Shown here: one piece after another, positions 44,147 through 53,857 of the stretch
How the letters are laid out: the number at the start of each line of letters is the position of its first letter
How positions within the stretch are numbered: position 1 is the first letter of the stretch
Source: an uncultured Pseudomonadota bacterium
GTDB taxonomy: Bacteria; Pseudomonadota; Gammaproteobacteria; Steroidobacterales; Steroidobacteraceae
Length of the DNA: 64,000 nucleotides
Reading direction: 5' to 3'
Assembly (NCBI GenBank): GCA_902826225.1
Contig: CADEED010000002.1
Span: forward strand, 3,890 to 67,889
Program-made: the position numbers and the translations under genes
The notes under the pieces: generated by a model
The model's database searches: none
Told to the model about the DNA's origin: nothing
Seen by the model: only the letters and a program-made list of their open reading frames with translations

Positions 44147-46330
44147 CTAGTCGGCCGCGCGCGACGCGCGGCCGTGGCTCGCGATTGTACGCGTGACCTT
44201 GAGCACTTCGGGCATCCGGCGAATCGTCTTGACCACGCGCGCCAGATGCTCGCGATTGCGCACGCGCAGCTCGAACACGAGCGACGAGCTGTCGGCATCC
44301 TTCTCCTCGACCGCGACGCGCTCGATATTCGTGTCGCCCGAGGAGATGGCCGCGGCGACTGCGGCCAGCACGCCCATCTTGTTCGCGACGTCGACGCGGA
44401 TCTCCGAGCTGAACACCTTGTCGGCGGTTGCCTGCCAGGCGACGGGCAGCCAGTTTTCGGGATGCTTGCGATAATCCTCGACGTTCACGCAGTTTTCGCG
44501 GTGCACGACGACACCGCGGCCGGCCGACAGGAACGCGAAGATCGGGTCGTCCGGAATCGGGAAGCAGCAGCGCGCATAGGCGACGAGCAGGCCCTCGGTG
44601 CCGGCGATCGCGAGCGGCAGTGGCGCGCCCGAGAAGGACTCCTCGTTGGCCTTCGTCGGCAGCAGGCGCCGCGCGACGAGCGGCGCGAGTCGCTCGCCGA
44701 GGCCGACCTTTTCATAGAGCTCGTCGGAATCGTGCATGCCGAGCTCGACGACAGCCGCGTTGAGCGTCTCCGGCGCCACCTCGTCGAGCGACAGGCGGAA
44801 TTCGCCGAGCGCCTGGTTGATGAGCCGCGCGCCGAGTTCGATCGCCTCCTGTCGCCGCAGACCCTTCAGGTAGTGGCGCACGGCGGCGCGGGCTTTCGCC
44901 GTCACGACGAAGTTCACCCACGACGGATTCGGCATCGCGCCCTTCGCGGTGATGATCTCGATCGTCTGGCCGTTGCGCAGTGGCGTGCGCAGCGGAGTCA
45001 GGCGCCTGTCTACCTTGGCGGCCACGCAGCGATTGCCGACGTCGGTGTGCACGGCGTAGGCGAAGTCGACCACCGTCGCGCCGCGTGGCAGGCGCAGGAT
45101 TTCGCCCTTGGGCGTGAACACGTAGACCTTGTCGGGAAAGAGGTCGACCTTGACACTCTCGAGGAAATCCTCGGAGCTGCCGCCTTCCTGCATGTCGACG
45201 AGGTTCGCAAGCCACTCGCGCGCGCGCTCGTCCTGGCCGCCTTCGGATTCGTTGACCTTGTACTTCCAGTGCGCGGCGATGCCGGCCTCGGCGACGCGGT
45301 GCATGTCCTCGGTGCGGATCTGCACTTCTATCGGAATGCCGTTCGGGCCGAACAGCGTCGTGTGCAGCGACTGGTAGCCGTTCACGCGCGGGATCGCGAT
45401 GTAGTCCTTGAACCGGCCCGGCATCGGCTTGTAGGTCGCGTGCACGACGCCCAGCGCGCGGTAGCAGGAGTCGGCCTTGTCGACCACGACGCGCAGGCCA
45501 TACACGTCGACGATCTCCGACAGGGGCGCGCCCTTGCGCAGCATCTTGTTGTAGATCGAATACAGATGCTTCTCGCGCGTCGAGACGTCGGCCTTGAGGT
45601 CGGACTTGAGCAACGCGACGCGCATCGTGTCCGCGATCTTGTTGAGGAATTGCTTCTGGTTGCCGCGCGCCTTCTTGAGCGCGCGGTCGAGCACGCGGTA
45701 GCGGTGCGGGAACGCGGCCTTGAACCCGAGATCCTCGAGCTCGAGCTTCATCTTGTAGAGGCCGAGCCGCCCGGAGATCGGTGCGTAGATGTCGAGCGTC
45801 TCGCGCGCGATCGCGCGGCGCCGCGCCGGCGCCATTGCGTCGAGCGTGCGCATGTTGTGCGTTCGATCCGCGAGCTTCACGAGGATCACGCGCAGATCGC
45901 GCACCATCGCGAGCACCATCTTGCGGAACGATTCCGCCTGCGCCTCGGCGCGGGACTTGAACTGGATCTGGTCGAGTTTCGTGACGCCGTCGACGATCTC
46001 CGCCACGGGGGCGCCGAACTTCGCGGACAGCTCCTCTTTCGAGATCGGCGTGTCTTCGATGACGTCGTGGAGGATCGCCGCGATGATCGTGTCGGGATCG
46101 AGGTGCAGGTCCGCGAGGATCTGCGCTGCCGCGAGCGGGTGCGCGATGTACGGCTCACCCGAGAGGCGTTTCTGTCCCTCGTGCGCCTCGGCGCCGAATT
46201 CCGCGGCCGAGCGGACCCGCTCCACCTGCTCGCGCGGCAGGTAAGTCTCGAGCGTGTTGATGAGGTCGCGCAGTCCCGGCAGGCGCCGGGCGCTGGGCAG
46301 GAGCTGAAGGAGCGGCGACGCTAAGTCCAT
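44147..46330 (-). CDS. spoT: bifunctional (p)ppGpp synthetase/hydrolase
   Basis: 727 aa; intact HD motif (AAILHDVIEDT), synthetase, TGS and ACT regions. Confidence 0.9.
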   Translation of the reverse strand: MDLASPLLQLLPSARRLPGLRDLINTLETYLPREQVERVRSAAEFGAEAHEGQKRLSGEPYIAHPLAAAQILADLHLDPDTIIAAILHDVIEDTPISKEELSAKFGAPVAEIVDGVTKLDQIQFKSRAEAQAESFRKMVLAMVRDLRVILVKLADRTHNMRTLDAMAPARRRAIARETLDIYAPISGRLGLYKMKLELEDLGFKAAFPHRYRVLDRALKKARGNQKQFLNKIADTMRVALLKSDLKADVSTREKHLYSIYNKMLRKGAPLSEIVDVYGLRVVVDKADSCYRALGVVHATYKPMPGRFKDYIAIPRVNGYQSLHTTLFGPNGIPIEVQIRTEDMHRVAEAGIAAHWKYKVNESEGGQDERAREWLANLVDMQEGGSSEDFLESVKVDLFPDKVYVFTPKGEILRLPRGATVVDFAYAVHTDVGNRCVAAKVDRRLTPLRTPLRNGQTIEIITAKGAMPNPSWVNFVVTAKARAAVRHYLKGLRRQEAIELGARLINQALGEFRLSLDEVAPETLNAAVVELGMHDSDELYEKVGLGERLAPLVARRLLPTKANEESFSGAPLPLAIAGTEGLLVAYARCCFPIPDDPIFAFLSAGRGVVVHRENCVNVEDYRKHPENWLPVAWQATADKVFSSEIRVDVANKMGVLAAVAAAISSGDTNIERVAVEEKDADSSSLVFELRVRNREHLARVVKTIRRMPEVLKVTRTIASHGRASRAAD

Positions 46331-46370
46331 GGCGCGCGAGCGCTCCTGTGGGAAGGATCAGGCGGTGGCG

Positions 46371-46670
46371 TTATTCCTGAACGTCGCGATCGCCCTGGAG
46401 GCCGAATTGCGGCGCACGGAACAGCGACTGGTTGTCGGCGTCGGGAAGGGTTGCTTCCGGCGGCGGCGGCTCGGGCTCACGCAGCATCTCCGGCGTGATG
46501 TTCCCTTCCGCGATCTCGCGCAGGGCCACGACCGTCGGCTTGTCGTTCTCCCAGGGCACCGTCGGCTCCGCGCCATTCGCGAGGCGGCGCGCACGCTGGG
46601 CGGCCAGCAGCACGAGCTGGAAGATGTTCTCGACGTTGGGGAGGCAGTCTTCGACGGTGATACGGGCCAT
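46371..46670 (-). CDS. rpoZ: DNA-directed RNA polymerase subunit omega
   Basis: [30 protein letters not shown]... Confidence 0.92.
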   Translation of the reverse strand: MARITVEDCLPNVENIFQLVLLAAQRARRLANGAEPTVPWENDKPTVVALREIAEGNITPEMLREPEPPPPEATLPDADNQSLFRAPQFGLQGDRDVQE

Positions 46671-46766
46671 GTGTCTCGAACTCGAATCGTCTGGGGGGCC
46701 GAAAGTCTACGGGATTTGCGGGTCGACCGGGAGGGAATCCCGAGCCCGAGGGCCTGGCGGGGCCCG

Positions 46767-47390
46767 TCAGCCCAGCAAGTCCGCCACGAGGGGCTTCAGA
46801 TCCTCACGCGCCGCCCCGTACCCCGGGCTTCCGCCCAGAATCTCCAGCAGCTGGCCGACCGCCTTCTCGAACTCGTCGTTGACCACGACGCAGTCGAATT
46901 CGTCGTAATGGGACATGTCGGCGACCGCGTCCCGCAGGCGCCGCTCGATGACGGCCTCGCTGTCGGTCTGGCGATTGCGCAGCCGCACCTCGAGTTCGCG
47001 TCGGGATGGCGGCAGGATGAAGATGGACCGGCAGTCCGGCTGAGCGGCGCGCACCTGTCGGGCGCCCTGCCAGTCGATCTCGAGGATCACGTCGTGGCCC
47101 GCGGCGCGCAGCGCCTCGACCTGCGCGCGGCCCGTGCCGTAGAAGTTGTCGAAGACCGGCGCGTGTTCGAGGAACGCCTTTTCGTCGATGAGGCGGCGGA
47201 ATTCGTCGACGCCGACGAAATAGTAGTGCTCGCCGTTCACCTCGTGCGGGCGCGGCTTGCGCGTGGTGTGGGACACGGACACCTTCAGCGACGGACTCCG
47301 CTCGAGGACGGCCTTCACGAGGCTCGTCTTGCCGGCGCCCGAGGGCGCGGCGATGACGAACAGCGAACCGCGGCGCGCGTCCGCATTCAT
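46767..47390 (-). CDS. gmk: guanylate kinase
   Basis: P-loop APSGAGKTSL; TTRKPRPHEVNGEHYYF. Confidence 0.92.
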   Translation of the reverse strand: MNADARRGSLFVIAAPSGAGKTSLVKAVLERSPSLKVSVSHTTRKPRPHEVNGEHYYFVGVDEFRRLIDEKAFLEHAPVFDNFYGTGRAQVEALRAAGHDVILEIDWQGARQVRAAQPDCRSIFILPPSRRELEVRLRNRQTDSEAVIERRLRDAVADMSHYDEFDCVVVNDEFEKAVGQLLEILGGSPGYGAAREDLKPLVADLLG

Positions 47391-48250
47391 TCGATGTTCT
47401 GCACCTGCTCGCGCATCTGCTCGATCAACACTTTCATGTCGACCGTGATGCGCGTGGTGTCCAGGTCCTGCGATTTCGAGGCCAGGGTGTTGGCCTCGCG
47501 GTTGAGCTCCTGCATGAGGAAATCGAGCCGGCGACCCGCGGCTTCGCCGCCGCCCATGACACGGCGGGTCTCCTCGATGTGGCCCGTGAGGCGGTCGAGT
47601 TCCTCCGCGACGTCGAGGCGCTGCAGCTGCAGGACGACTTCCTGTTCGACCCGCTCACGGTCGATCGTGGCGAGCAACTCCGCCACCCGCTCGTGCAGCC
47701 GGGTCCGCACGCGGGCCTGGATCTCGGGCAGGCGCGCGCGCACCTGCGTGACCAGCGCGCCGAGCCCGCCGCAGCGCTGCTCGATGAGCTCGCCGAGCCG
47801 CTTGCCCTCGCGCGCGCGCATCGCCGACAGGTCGTCGATCGTCTGCTGGAAAAGCGCGCGTCCCGCGCCTAACAAGACCTCGGTGTCCTGGCTGGCGGTT
47901 TCGACGACGCCCGGCCAGCGCAGGATCTCGACCGCGTCCACGGTCGACCCTGGCACGGCGCGAGCTACTTCGGTGACCGCCGCCGCGACACGCGCGAGCG
48001 CCGTGGCGTCGATGCGCAGTTCGCGCTCGGCCGCCTGCGCCCCGCGCAGGTGGACGGTGCAGTCGATCTTGCCGCGCTTGAGGTGCTTCGACAGCGCCTG
48101 CCGGAATTCCGATTCGAGGGGACGGAGTTCCTCGGGCAGTCGGAAGCCGGGCTCCAGGTAGCGGTGATTCACGCTGCGCAGCTCGCAGGTGAGCGTGCCG
48201 TAGGAGCCGGCTACCTCGCGCCGTGCGAAACCCGTCATGCTGGCGATCAT
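47387..48250 (-). CDS. yicC: YicC family stress-induced protein
   Basis: MIASMTGFARRE...LRSVNHRYLE...; C-terminal DUF1732-like region EANTLASKS. Confidence 0.88.
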   Translation of the reverse strand: MIASMTGFARREVAGSYGTLTCELRSVNHRYLEPGFRLPEELRPLESEFRQALSKHLKRGKIDCTVHLRGAQAAERELRIDATALARVAAAVTEVARAVPGSTVDAVEILRWPGVVETASQDTEVLLGAGRALFQQTIDDLSAMRAREGKRLGELIEQRCGGLGALVTQVRARLPEIQARVRTRLHERVAELLATIDRERVEQEVVLQLQRLDVAEELDRLTGHIEETRRVMGGGEAAGRRLDFLMQELNREANTLASKSQDLDTTRITVDMKVLIEQMREQVQNIE

Positions 48251-48329
48251 GGCGCTTGAACTTCCCGGGCCCTTGGGCGGCGGCGTGCAGTAGACTGCGC
48301 GGCAGTTTATCAGACGGCCTCAACCCGCT

Positions 48330-49079
48330 TTGCGCATCGAATACGCCGAAGTCAGCCTGCTCGGCAATCGCTCCGACAACCAGGACCGCGTATCCGTCGC
48401 CGTCTCGGAGCACTCGGCCCTGCTCGTCGTCATCGACGGCATGGGGGGCCACTCCGACGGAGCGCGCGCCGCCGAGACCGCGATCAAGTCGCTGGTCGAA
48501 GCGTTCTGGCACACGCCCCAACCCATCCTCGATCCGCTCGGGTTCCTGCATCTGGCGCTGGGCCGCGCGCACGAGGACGTGGCGAAGCTCGGCGAGGACC
48601 TGCCGCTCGAGTTGCGTCCGCGCGCAACCTGCGCGGTATGCCTCGTGCAGAACGGCAGCGCATTCTGGGCGCACATCGGCGACAGCCGGGCCTATCTTCT
48701 GCGCAAGGGCAAGGTCTTCAAGCGCACGCGCGACCACAGCCACGTCGAGTTCCTGCTGCGCGAGGGCGTGATCACGGCCGACCAGGCTCTCTCGCACCCC
48801 ATGCGCAACTTCGTGGAATGCTGCCTGGGCGGCGAACCCTTCCTGCCCGAGATGTCACTCGGCCTGCGCGAGCCGCTCGAGGCCAACGACATCTTGTTAG
48901 TTTGCTCCGACGGTCTGTGGGGCGGCCTCGAGGACACCGAGATCGGCGCCGCATTCCCGCCCGCGCGCGCGCCGCTGCGCGACGAACTGCAGCGGCTCGC
49001 CGAGCGTTCGGTGAACGTCGTCGGCGCCGGCGCGGACAACACGTCGGTGGCCGTCGTGCGCTGGATCGGGAACGCCTGA
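48330..49079 (+). CDS. PP2C-family serine/threonine phosphatase
   Basis: NQDRV...VIDGMGGH...LVCSDGLW...DN are PP2C metal-binding motifs. TTG start assumed. Confidence 0.8.
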   Translation: MRIEYAEVSLLGNRSDNQDRVSVAVSEHSALLVVIDGMGGHSDGARAAETAIKSLVEAFWHTPQPILDPLGFLHLALGRAHEDVAKLGEDLPLELRPRATCAVCLVQNGSAFWAHIGDSRAYLLRKGKVFKRTRDHSHVEFLLREGVITADQALSHPMRNFVECCLGGEPFLPEMSLGLREPLEANDILLVCSDGLWGGLEDTEIGAAFPPARAPLRDELQRLAERSVNVVGAGADNTSVAVVRWIGNA

Positions 49080-49801
49080 TGGCTGCCCGACCCAGCGGAC
49101 GCGCCGCCGACGAGCTGCGCGCCATCCGTTTCACCCGCAGATTCACCGCGCACGCCGAAGGGTCCGTGCTCGTGGAGTTCGGTGGCACGCGCGTGCTGTG
49201 CACGGCGAGCGTCGAGGACAGCGTGCCGGGATTTCTGCGCGGCAAGAACCAGGGATGGGTGACGGCCGAGTACGGCATGCTGCCGCGCGCGACCCACACG
49301 CGCTCGCCGCGCGAAGCGGCGAAGGGCAAGCAGACCGGACGCACCCAGGAGATCCAGCGCCTCATCGGCCGCTCACTGCGCGCCGTCACCAACATGGCTG
49401 CGCTCGGCGAACGCACCGTCACGATCGACTGCGATGTATTGCAGGCCGACGGCGGGACGCGCACCGCCGCGATCACCGGGGGCTACGTCGCGCTCGCCGA
49501 CGCCTGCGACGCGCTGATCGCGCGACGGGCGATTGTCACGTCTCCGCTGCACGGACAGGTGGCTGCCATCTCGGTGGGAATCTGCTCGGGTGTTCCCGTC
49601 GTCGATCTCGACTACGCGGAAGATTCCGGCGCCGAAACCGACATGAACGTCGTGATGAACAACGGCGGTGGTTTCATCGAGGTGCAGGGCACGGCCGAGG
49701 GCCATGCTTTCCGGCGCCACGAGCTCGATTCACTGCTCGAGCTCGCCTCCGGCGCGATCGAAAAGCTGTTCGCCTTGCAGAACGAGGCGCGCGCTGCCTA
49801 G
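49079..49801 (+). CDS. rph: ribonuclease PH
   Basis: Start [14 protein letters not shown] (Met148 of ORF 48638..49801), overlapping the PP2C stop (TGATG). ...[19 protein letters not shown]...[18 protein letters not shown]. Confidence 0.93.
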   Translation: MAARPSGRAADELRAIRFTRRFTAHAEGSVLVEFGGTRVLCTASVEDSVPGFLRGKNQGWVTAEYGMLPRATHTRSPREAAKGKQTGRTQEIQRLIGRSLRAVTNMAALGERTVTIDCDVLQADGGTRTAAITGGYVALADACDALIARRAIVTSPLHGQVAAISVGICSGVPVVDLDYAEDSGAETDMNVVMNNGGGFIEVQGTAEGHAFRRHELDSLLELASGAIEKLFALQNEARAA

Positions 49802-49811
49802 CGCGCTCGTG

Positions 49812-50420
49812 ATGAACCCGGTTCGCGTCGTGCTCGCCAGCGGTAACGCGAACAAGTTGCGCGAATTCTCCGAGTTGTTAGGCGGCACGTGCGTCGAGTT
49901 CACGCGCCAATCCGACCTCGGTATCGAGCCGCCGCCGGAAACCGGCGTCACCTTCCTCGAGAACGCGCTCATCAAGGCGCGTAACGCTGCCGCCCGTACG
50001 GGGCTGCCCGCGATCGCCGACGATTCGGGCATCGAGGTCGACGCACTGGGGGGCGCGCCCGGCGTTTACTCTGCCCGATACGCCGGCGAAGGCGCGAGCG
50101 ACGAGCAGAATCTCGCAAAGCTGCTCGCCGCGCTGGACGCCGTACCCGATGACGCACGCGGCGCGCGCTATCGCTGCGTCGTCGTGTTCGTCGAGCGGGC
50201 GGACGATCCGGCGCCGATCGTCGGCGAAGGCTCGTGGGAAGGCAGCATCATCCGCGAGCGGCGTGGAGATGGCGGGTTCGGCTACGACCCGTCCTTCGTG
50301 CCCCGCGGTGACTCGCGCACCGTCGCGCAGATGCCGCAGGACGAGAAGCATGGCAAGAGCCATCGCGGGATCGCGCTGCGCGCCTTCCTCGCGGCGTACT
50401 CCGCGCGGGCCGTGAGATGA
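49812..50420 (+). CDS. rdgB: dITP/XTP pyrophosphatase (RdgB/HAM1)
   Basis: Start MNPVRVVLASGNANKLREF (Met49 of ORF 49668..50420); ...FGYDPSF...HRG. Confidence 0.9.
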   Translation: MNPVRVVLASGNANKLREFSELLGGTCVEFTRQSDLGIEPPPETGVTFLENALIKARNAAARTGLPAIADDSGIEVDALGGAPGVYSARYAGEGASDEQNLAKLLAALDAVPDDARGARYRCVVVFVERADDPAPIVGEGSWEGSIIRERRGDGGFGYDPSFVPRGDSRTVAQMPQDEKHGKSHRGIALRAFLAAYSARAVR

Positions 50421-51547
50421 TGCCGCCGCTCGCGCTGTACGCCCACTTTCCGTGGTGCGTGCAGAAGTGCCCCTACTGCGATTTCAATTCGTACACCCTC
50501 AGGGAAGCGCTGCCCGAGCAGCGCTACGTCGACGTCTTGCTCGCGGATCTGGACGCCCAGGCGCCACTGGCGGCGGGCCGGCCACTCCTGAGCATCTTCC
50601 TGGGCGGTGGCACGCCGAGCCTGTTTTCTCCCGCGGCCATCGCGCGGCTCCTCGGCCATGCGCGCGTCACGCTCGGGTTCGATCCCGCGGTCGAAGTCAC
50701 GCTCGAAGCGAACCCCGGAACGATCGAGCGGGGGCGATTCGCCGAGTATCGGGCCGCCGGCGTGAACCGCGTGTCACTCGGCGCGCAGACGTTCGATGAG
50801 GCGCAGCTTCGCAAGCTCGGACGAATCCACTCGGCCGACGAGACGCGGCGCGCAGCCGAGGAGCTCCATGCCGCCGGGCTCGCGAATTTCAATCTGGACC
50901 TCATGTATGCGCTGCCGGGTCAGACGGCCGAAGGCGCGCTGGCGGATCTCCAGGCGGCGCTCGCGCTCGAGCCCGCGCATGTCTCGCAGTATCACCTGAC
51001 GATCGAGCCGGGCACGCTGTTCGCTGCGGCGCCGCCCACGCAGCCCGCAGACGACGTCGTCGAAGACATGCTCGAGCGATCGCTGCACGCACTGCGTGCC
51101 GCGGGATTCGAGCAATATGAGGTATCGGGATACGCGCGCGCCGGACGGCGCTGCCTCCACAACCTCAACTACTGGACCTTCGGCGACTACCTCGGAATCG
51201 GCGCCGGCGCGCACGGCAAGATTTCCGGTCGGGATTCCATCGTGCGCACCCAGCAGCCGCGAGAGCCGCGCCGCTACCTCGCGGCGGATCCGCGCACGCA
51301 GGTCCGCAAGGAAATTGCACGTGAGGACCTGCCCTTCGAGTTCTCGATGAACGGATTCCGTCTGGTAGAGGGCTTCGGGGATGCCCTGTTCACCGGGCGC
51401 ACGGGGCTTGGCATCGAGGTTCTGGAGGCCGCGCTCGAGCCGCAGGTCGCCCGCGGACTCGTGGAACGGGTTCCTGGTGGGTGGCGCGCTTCACCACAGG
51501 GGCTGCGATTCCTCAACGAAATCCTGGTCGGGCTGATTCCGGCCTGA
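50417..51547 (+). CDS. hemW: radical SAM heme chaperone HemW
   Basis: YAHFPWCVQKCPYCDFNS radical SAM motif; 376 aa. Confidence 0.88.
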   Translation: MMPPLALYAHFPWCVQKCPYCDFNSYTLREALPEQRYVDVLLADLDAQAPLAAGRPLLSIFLGGGTPSLFSPAAIARLLGHARVTLGFDPAVEVTLEANPGTIERGRFAEYRAAGVNRVSLGAQTFDEAQLRKLGRIHSADETRRAAEELHAAGLANFNLDLMYALPGQTAEGALADLQAALALEPAHVSQYHLTIEPGTLFAAAPPTQPADDVVEDMLERSLHALRAAGFEQYEVSGYARAGRRCLHNLNYWTFGDYLGIGAGAHGKISGRDSIVRTQQPREPRRYLAADPRTQVRKEIAREDLPFEFSMNGFRLVEGFGDALFTGRTGLGIEVLEAALEPQVARGLVERVPGGWRASPQGLRFLNEILVGLIPA

Positions 51548-51550
51548 CTT

Positions 51551-51580
51551 CGCCCGCTCCATCGGTGGGCGGTTTTATTC
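51551..51580 (+). terminator. rho-independent terminator after hemW
   Basis: Stem CGCCCGC/GTGGGCG (one G-U pair), 7 nt loop, followed by GTTTTATTC. Confidence 0.55.
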
Positions 51581-51765
51581 ACAGACGCCCCCGCATGGAC
51601 GCCTAAACAAGGCCATTACGGGATGTTTCAATACTGTTGCACGATAAACGTGCTCTAGCCCGCTGATTTAAAACGCATTATTACAATGATCATTATTTGA
51701 CCAAGCTAACAGATTCGGGCATATGGCCGCGTTTTTTTGCCGGAGGAGGGCCGTGACTCACAGAG

Positions 51766-51788
51766 TTATCCACACTTTCTGTGGATAA
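51766..51788. promoter_or_regulatory. two perfect DnaA boxes in inverted orientation (TTATCCACA ctttc TGTGGATAA)
   Basis: Exact matches to the E. coli-type consensus TTATNCACA. A third box, TTATTCACA, lies at 51575-51583, and an AT-rich stretch lies between them. Confidence 0.5.
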
Positions 51789-51808
51789 GAACTGCTTGAG
51801 AATGGCGC

Positions 51809-51837
51809 TTGAGAACCCACAAATGGCCCGCTAGACT
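51809..51837 (+). promoter_or_regulatory. candidate sigma70 promoter for rpmE (TTGAGA-N17-TAGACT)
   Basis: Located 57-85 nt upstream of the rpmE ATG. GCTTGAGAA is directly repeated at 51794-51802 and 51807-51815. Confidence 0.3.
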
Positions 51838-51893
51838 GCGCGCCCTTTTTCTAACCCCCGGTCGGCAAAATCCGCCCGGTCAGAGAGAAACCC

Positions 51894-52106
51894 ATGAAAG
51901 CCGACACGCATCCGGACTACAAGGAAATCAACGTGACCTGCACTTGCGGGAACGCGTTCAAGACGAAGTCGACTCTGGGACATGATCTCCAGGTGGAAGT
52001 CTGCGCGAACTGCCATCCGTTCTACACGGGCAAGCAGAAGATCGTCGACACGGCCGGCCGCGTCGACAAGTTCCGCAAGAAGTACGCCGCCGCCGCCGCG
52101 CGCTAA
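51894..52106 (+). CDS. rpmE: 50S ribosomal protein L31 (Zn-ribbon type)
   Basis: [20 protein letters not shown]...[13 protein letters not shown]. Confidence 0.95.
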   Translation: MKADTHPDYKEINVTCTCGNAFKTKSTLGHDLQVEVCANCHPFYTGKQKIVDTAGRVDKFRKKYAAAAAR

Positions 52107-52138
52107 TCGAACTATTCCGCTCCCGCGGGCCACACAAG

Positions 52139-52174
52139 AGGCGCCCCACTTCAGCGAAGTGGGGCGCCTTTTTG
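52139..52174 (+). terminator. rho-independent terminator after rpmE
   Basis: AGGCGCCCCACTT-cagcg-AAGTGGGGCGCCT followed by TTTT. Confidence 0.8.
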
Positions 52175-52259
52175 CTGTCTGGGGCGCGTCGACCGGAACT
52201 TGTCGCCGCACCGCCGTATCGTAGTTAAATACGCGCTCGACCCGGCCGGGAGAATCTCG

Positions 52260-53735
52260 ATGAAGCGCATCCGCCCTTTCCTCTACGTCCTCGCGTCGGC
52301 CTGTGTGCTGATGACGGGATGCGTGAGCAATCCGGCCACCGGCGGGAAGAGCGTCGGTGTCGGCGGCCTCGACGGTGAAAAGAAGACCGTCCAGAAGAAC
52401 CACCAGGAAATCGTCAAGGCGCTCGGCCTCTACGACGACCAGGCCACCCAGGAATACGTGAATATCGTCGGGCAGCGCGTCGCGCAGATGAGCGAGCTGC
52501 CGAACGAGGAGTGGAAGTTCTTCGTCATCGACGACGAGGCCATCAATGCGTTCACGACGGGCTGCTGCAACGTCTACGTGAATCGCGGCCTGCTCGTGAA
52601 CCTCAATTCCGAATCCGAGCTCGCCGGTGTCCTCGGACACGAGGTGGGGCACGTCACCGCGCGCCATCCGTCGCGCCGCCAGGCGCGGGGCGTCGCGGCC
52701 TCGCTGGGTGCGATGGCCGCTGCCATCCTCACCGGGTCGAACGCCGTCGGACAGCTCGCCAATATCGGCGCCCAGGCGTGGATGTCGGGTTATGGCCGCG
52801 AGAACGAGATGGAAGCCGACCAGCTCGGCATGAAATACATGGTGAAGGCCGGTTACAACCCGGAGTCGATCGGCAAGGTCTTCGACATGTTCAAGTCCGG
52901 CGAGAAGTTCGAACGCCAGCGCGCCGCCGCCGAGGGCCGGGAGCCGCGTCTCTATCACGGCGTCTTCTCGAGTCATCCGAGCCCCGACCAGCGCGCGGTG
53001 CTGGCGGCGAAGGGCGCCGCGAACGTCAAGGAAACGCCGGACGGCGGTTGGATCGTACGGCACGACGAGTATCTCACGACGCTCAATGGAATCGCCTACG
53101 GGTCGAGCAAGGCGCAGGGCATCGTGCGTGACAACCGCTTCTATCACGCGGACATGGGCATCACGATGGCCTTCCCCCGCGGCTGGACCATCGACAACCT
53201 GCGCGACCGGTTGCTCGCGTTCACGCCGAAGAAAGATTCGATCATGCAGGTCCTCGTCGACAAGAAGCCCGAGAAGCAGGCGCCGCGCGAGTTCCTCATG
53301 ACGAAGCTGCGCGGCGCTTCCGTGATGAAGGGCGAGCCGCTCACGGTGGATGGCAACGACGGCTACTCGATCATCACGCGTAGCGGTTCGCCGATCGACA
53401 ACGGCCTGGGCCCGGTGCGCTGGGCGGTCGTCTATCGCGGCGAAAGCGCCTTCATCTTCGCGGGCGCGAGCCGTTCGGCGATGAACGGCATCCCCGAGGC
53501 CGATGGAGTCCTCATGGCATCGATCTCGACGCTCCGCAGTCTGCGCGCGTCGGAATTCCCGCTCGCGGAGCCGTACCGAATCAAGGTGGTGAAAGCCACC
53601 GACAAGACGAACCTCTCGGATTACGCCTCCGACATGCCGGAAGACAAGTTCAAGCGCGAGACGCTCGAGCTCATCAACGCGATGTATCCGAACCGGAAGC
53701 CGAAACCCGGCGAGCTGTTCAAGATCGTCGAGTAG
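52260..53735 (+). CDS. M48 family metallopeptidase, lipoprotein
   Basis: Start MKRIRPFLYVLASACVLMTGC (lipobox). HEVGHVTARH zinc motif. Confidence 0.85.
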   Translation: MKRIRPFLYVLASACVLMTGCVSNPATGGKSVGVGGLDGEKKTVQKNHQEIVKALGLYDDQATQEYVNIVGQRVAQMSELPNEEWKFFVIDDEAINAFTTGCCNVYVNRGLLVNLNSESELAGVLGHEVGHVTARHPSRRQARGVAASLGAMAAAILTGSNAVGQLANIGAQAWMSGYGRENEMEADQLGMKYMVKAGYNPESIGKVFDMFKSGEKFERQRAAAEGREPRLYHGVFSSHPSPDQRAVLAAKGAANVKETPDGGWIVRHDEYLTTLNGIAYGSSKAQGIVRDNRFYHADMGITMAFPRGWTIDNLRDRLLAFTPKKDSIMQVLVDKKPEKQAPREFLMTKLRGASVMKGEPLTVDGNDGYSIITRSGSPIDNGLGPVRWAVVYRGESAFIFAGASRSAMNGIPEADGVLMASISTLRSLRASEFPLAEPYRIKVVKATDKTNLSDYASDMPEDKFKRETLELINAMYPNRKPKPGELFKIVE

Positions 53736-53857
53736 TCGCGCTCGCGGCGCGCGCGACCTGCGGCCCGTTGCCTTGATTCCGCTGGCGGACCATGTAAGGC
53801 TGCTGCGCATTCAGCGCCGACCCTTCGTGTCGCGCGCGCTTGCAGGACTCATCGCTC

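Noticed and set aside
51548-51893. Chromosomal replication origin (oriC).
   Set aside because: There are only three DnaA boxes, one of which overlaps a terminator T-tract. I saw no clear array of 13-mer DUE repeats, no cluster of GATC sites, and no dnaA, dnaN, gidA or rpmH nearby. It is reported as a DnaA-box cluster only.
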